From: Octopus sinensis
Lineage: Eukaryota
Assembly (NCBI RefSeq): GCF_006345805.1
Contig: NC_043004.1
Location: forward strand, 95,418,001-95,482,000
Reading direction: 5' to 3'
DNA: 64,000 nt
Below are positions 63,592 through 64,000 of this stretch, one piece after another. The position numbers and the translations under genes were made by a program. Each line of letters starts with the position of its first letter. Position 1 is the first letter of the stretch. A model generated the notes under the pieces. It was not told the DNA's origin. It worked only from the letters and a program-made list of their open reading frames with translations, and did not search any database.

Positions 63592-64000
63592 CATTATTAT
63601 TATTTACCCAGAGGTGAATTATTCAAAACCCAAAGAATTCCTTTCAACACATGGCTATGATGCTCCCCCTCTACTTCCACTCATGATCAGAGATGCACAT
63701 ATCATCAGCCACTAAGAGACATGCTCAACTGGTTAAGGTCAAACAACTGACAAGCAAGTCTGTGGTATTGAGCAGAATATTTGCTGTAGCCCATCTTTTA
63801 TACCAAGACAAAACAATGTACATGATAGCACTTTCGTCAGTTAAGATCAGAAGCCATGAGAGCCAGTGCCTGTATTGTTCTCGTCATTGTTGTTGTTGTT
63901 GTTAAAATGGTAAACTGGCAGAATTCTTAGCATGCTGGACAAAATGCTTAGCAACAATTCTTCAACATTTGTTCATACATTCTGACTTCAAATTCTGATA

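Overview
AT-rich, microsatellite-dense animal DNA, most likely a cephalopod (Octopus-like). This is inferred from the repeat families I recognise, not from a search. I find no host protein-coding gene I can support: nearly all long ORFs in the track are translated (TA)n/(CA)n/(GATA)n/(GAT)n/(TAA)n arrays. The window is a mosaic of transposable elements: three tRNA-headed SINE families (labelled A, B, C here), a 5S-headed SINE-like chimera, a young 5'-truncated Tx1/L1-clade LINE inside a (GATA)n array, R4/Dong LINE pieces, RTE and CR1 fragments, a Penelope-like RT relic, several mariner/Tc1 relics and a piggyBac-type MITE. The most interesting signal is a set of type I hammerhead ribozyme (HHR) motifs in two repeat families. 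One family forms Penelope-style direct and inverted pseudo-LTRs around a 2.1 kb unit. That unit carries only a decayed gag/ORF1-like zinc-knuckle gene, with a branch point, splice acceptor and Kozak start, and no reverse transcriptase. It is a candidate ORF-bearing, ribozyme-bounded non-autonomous retroelement. All alignments and folds were done by eye.
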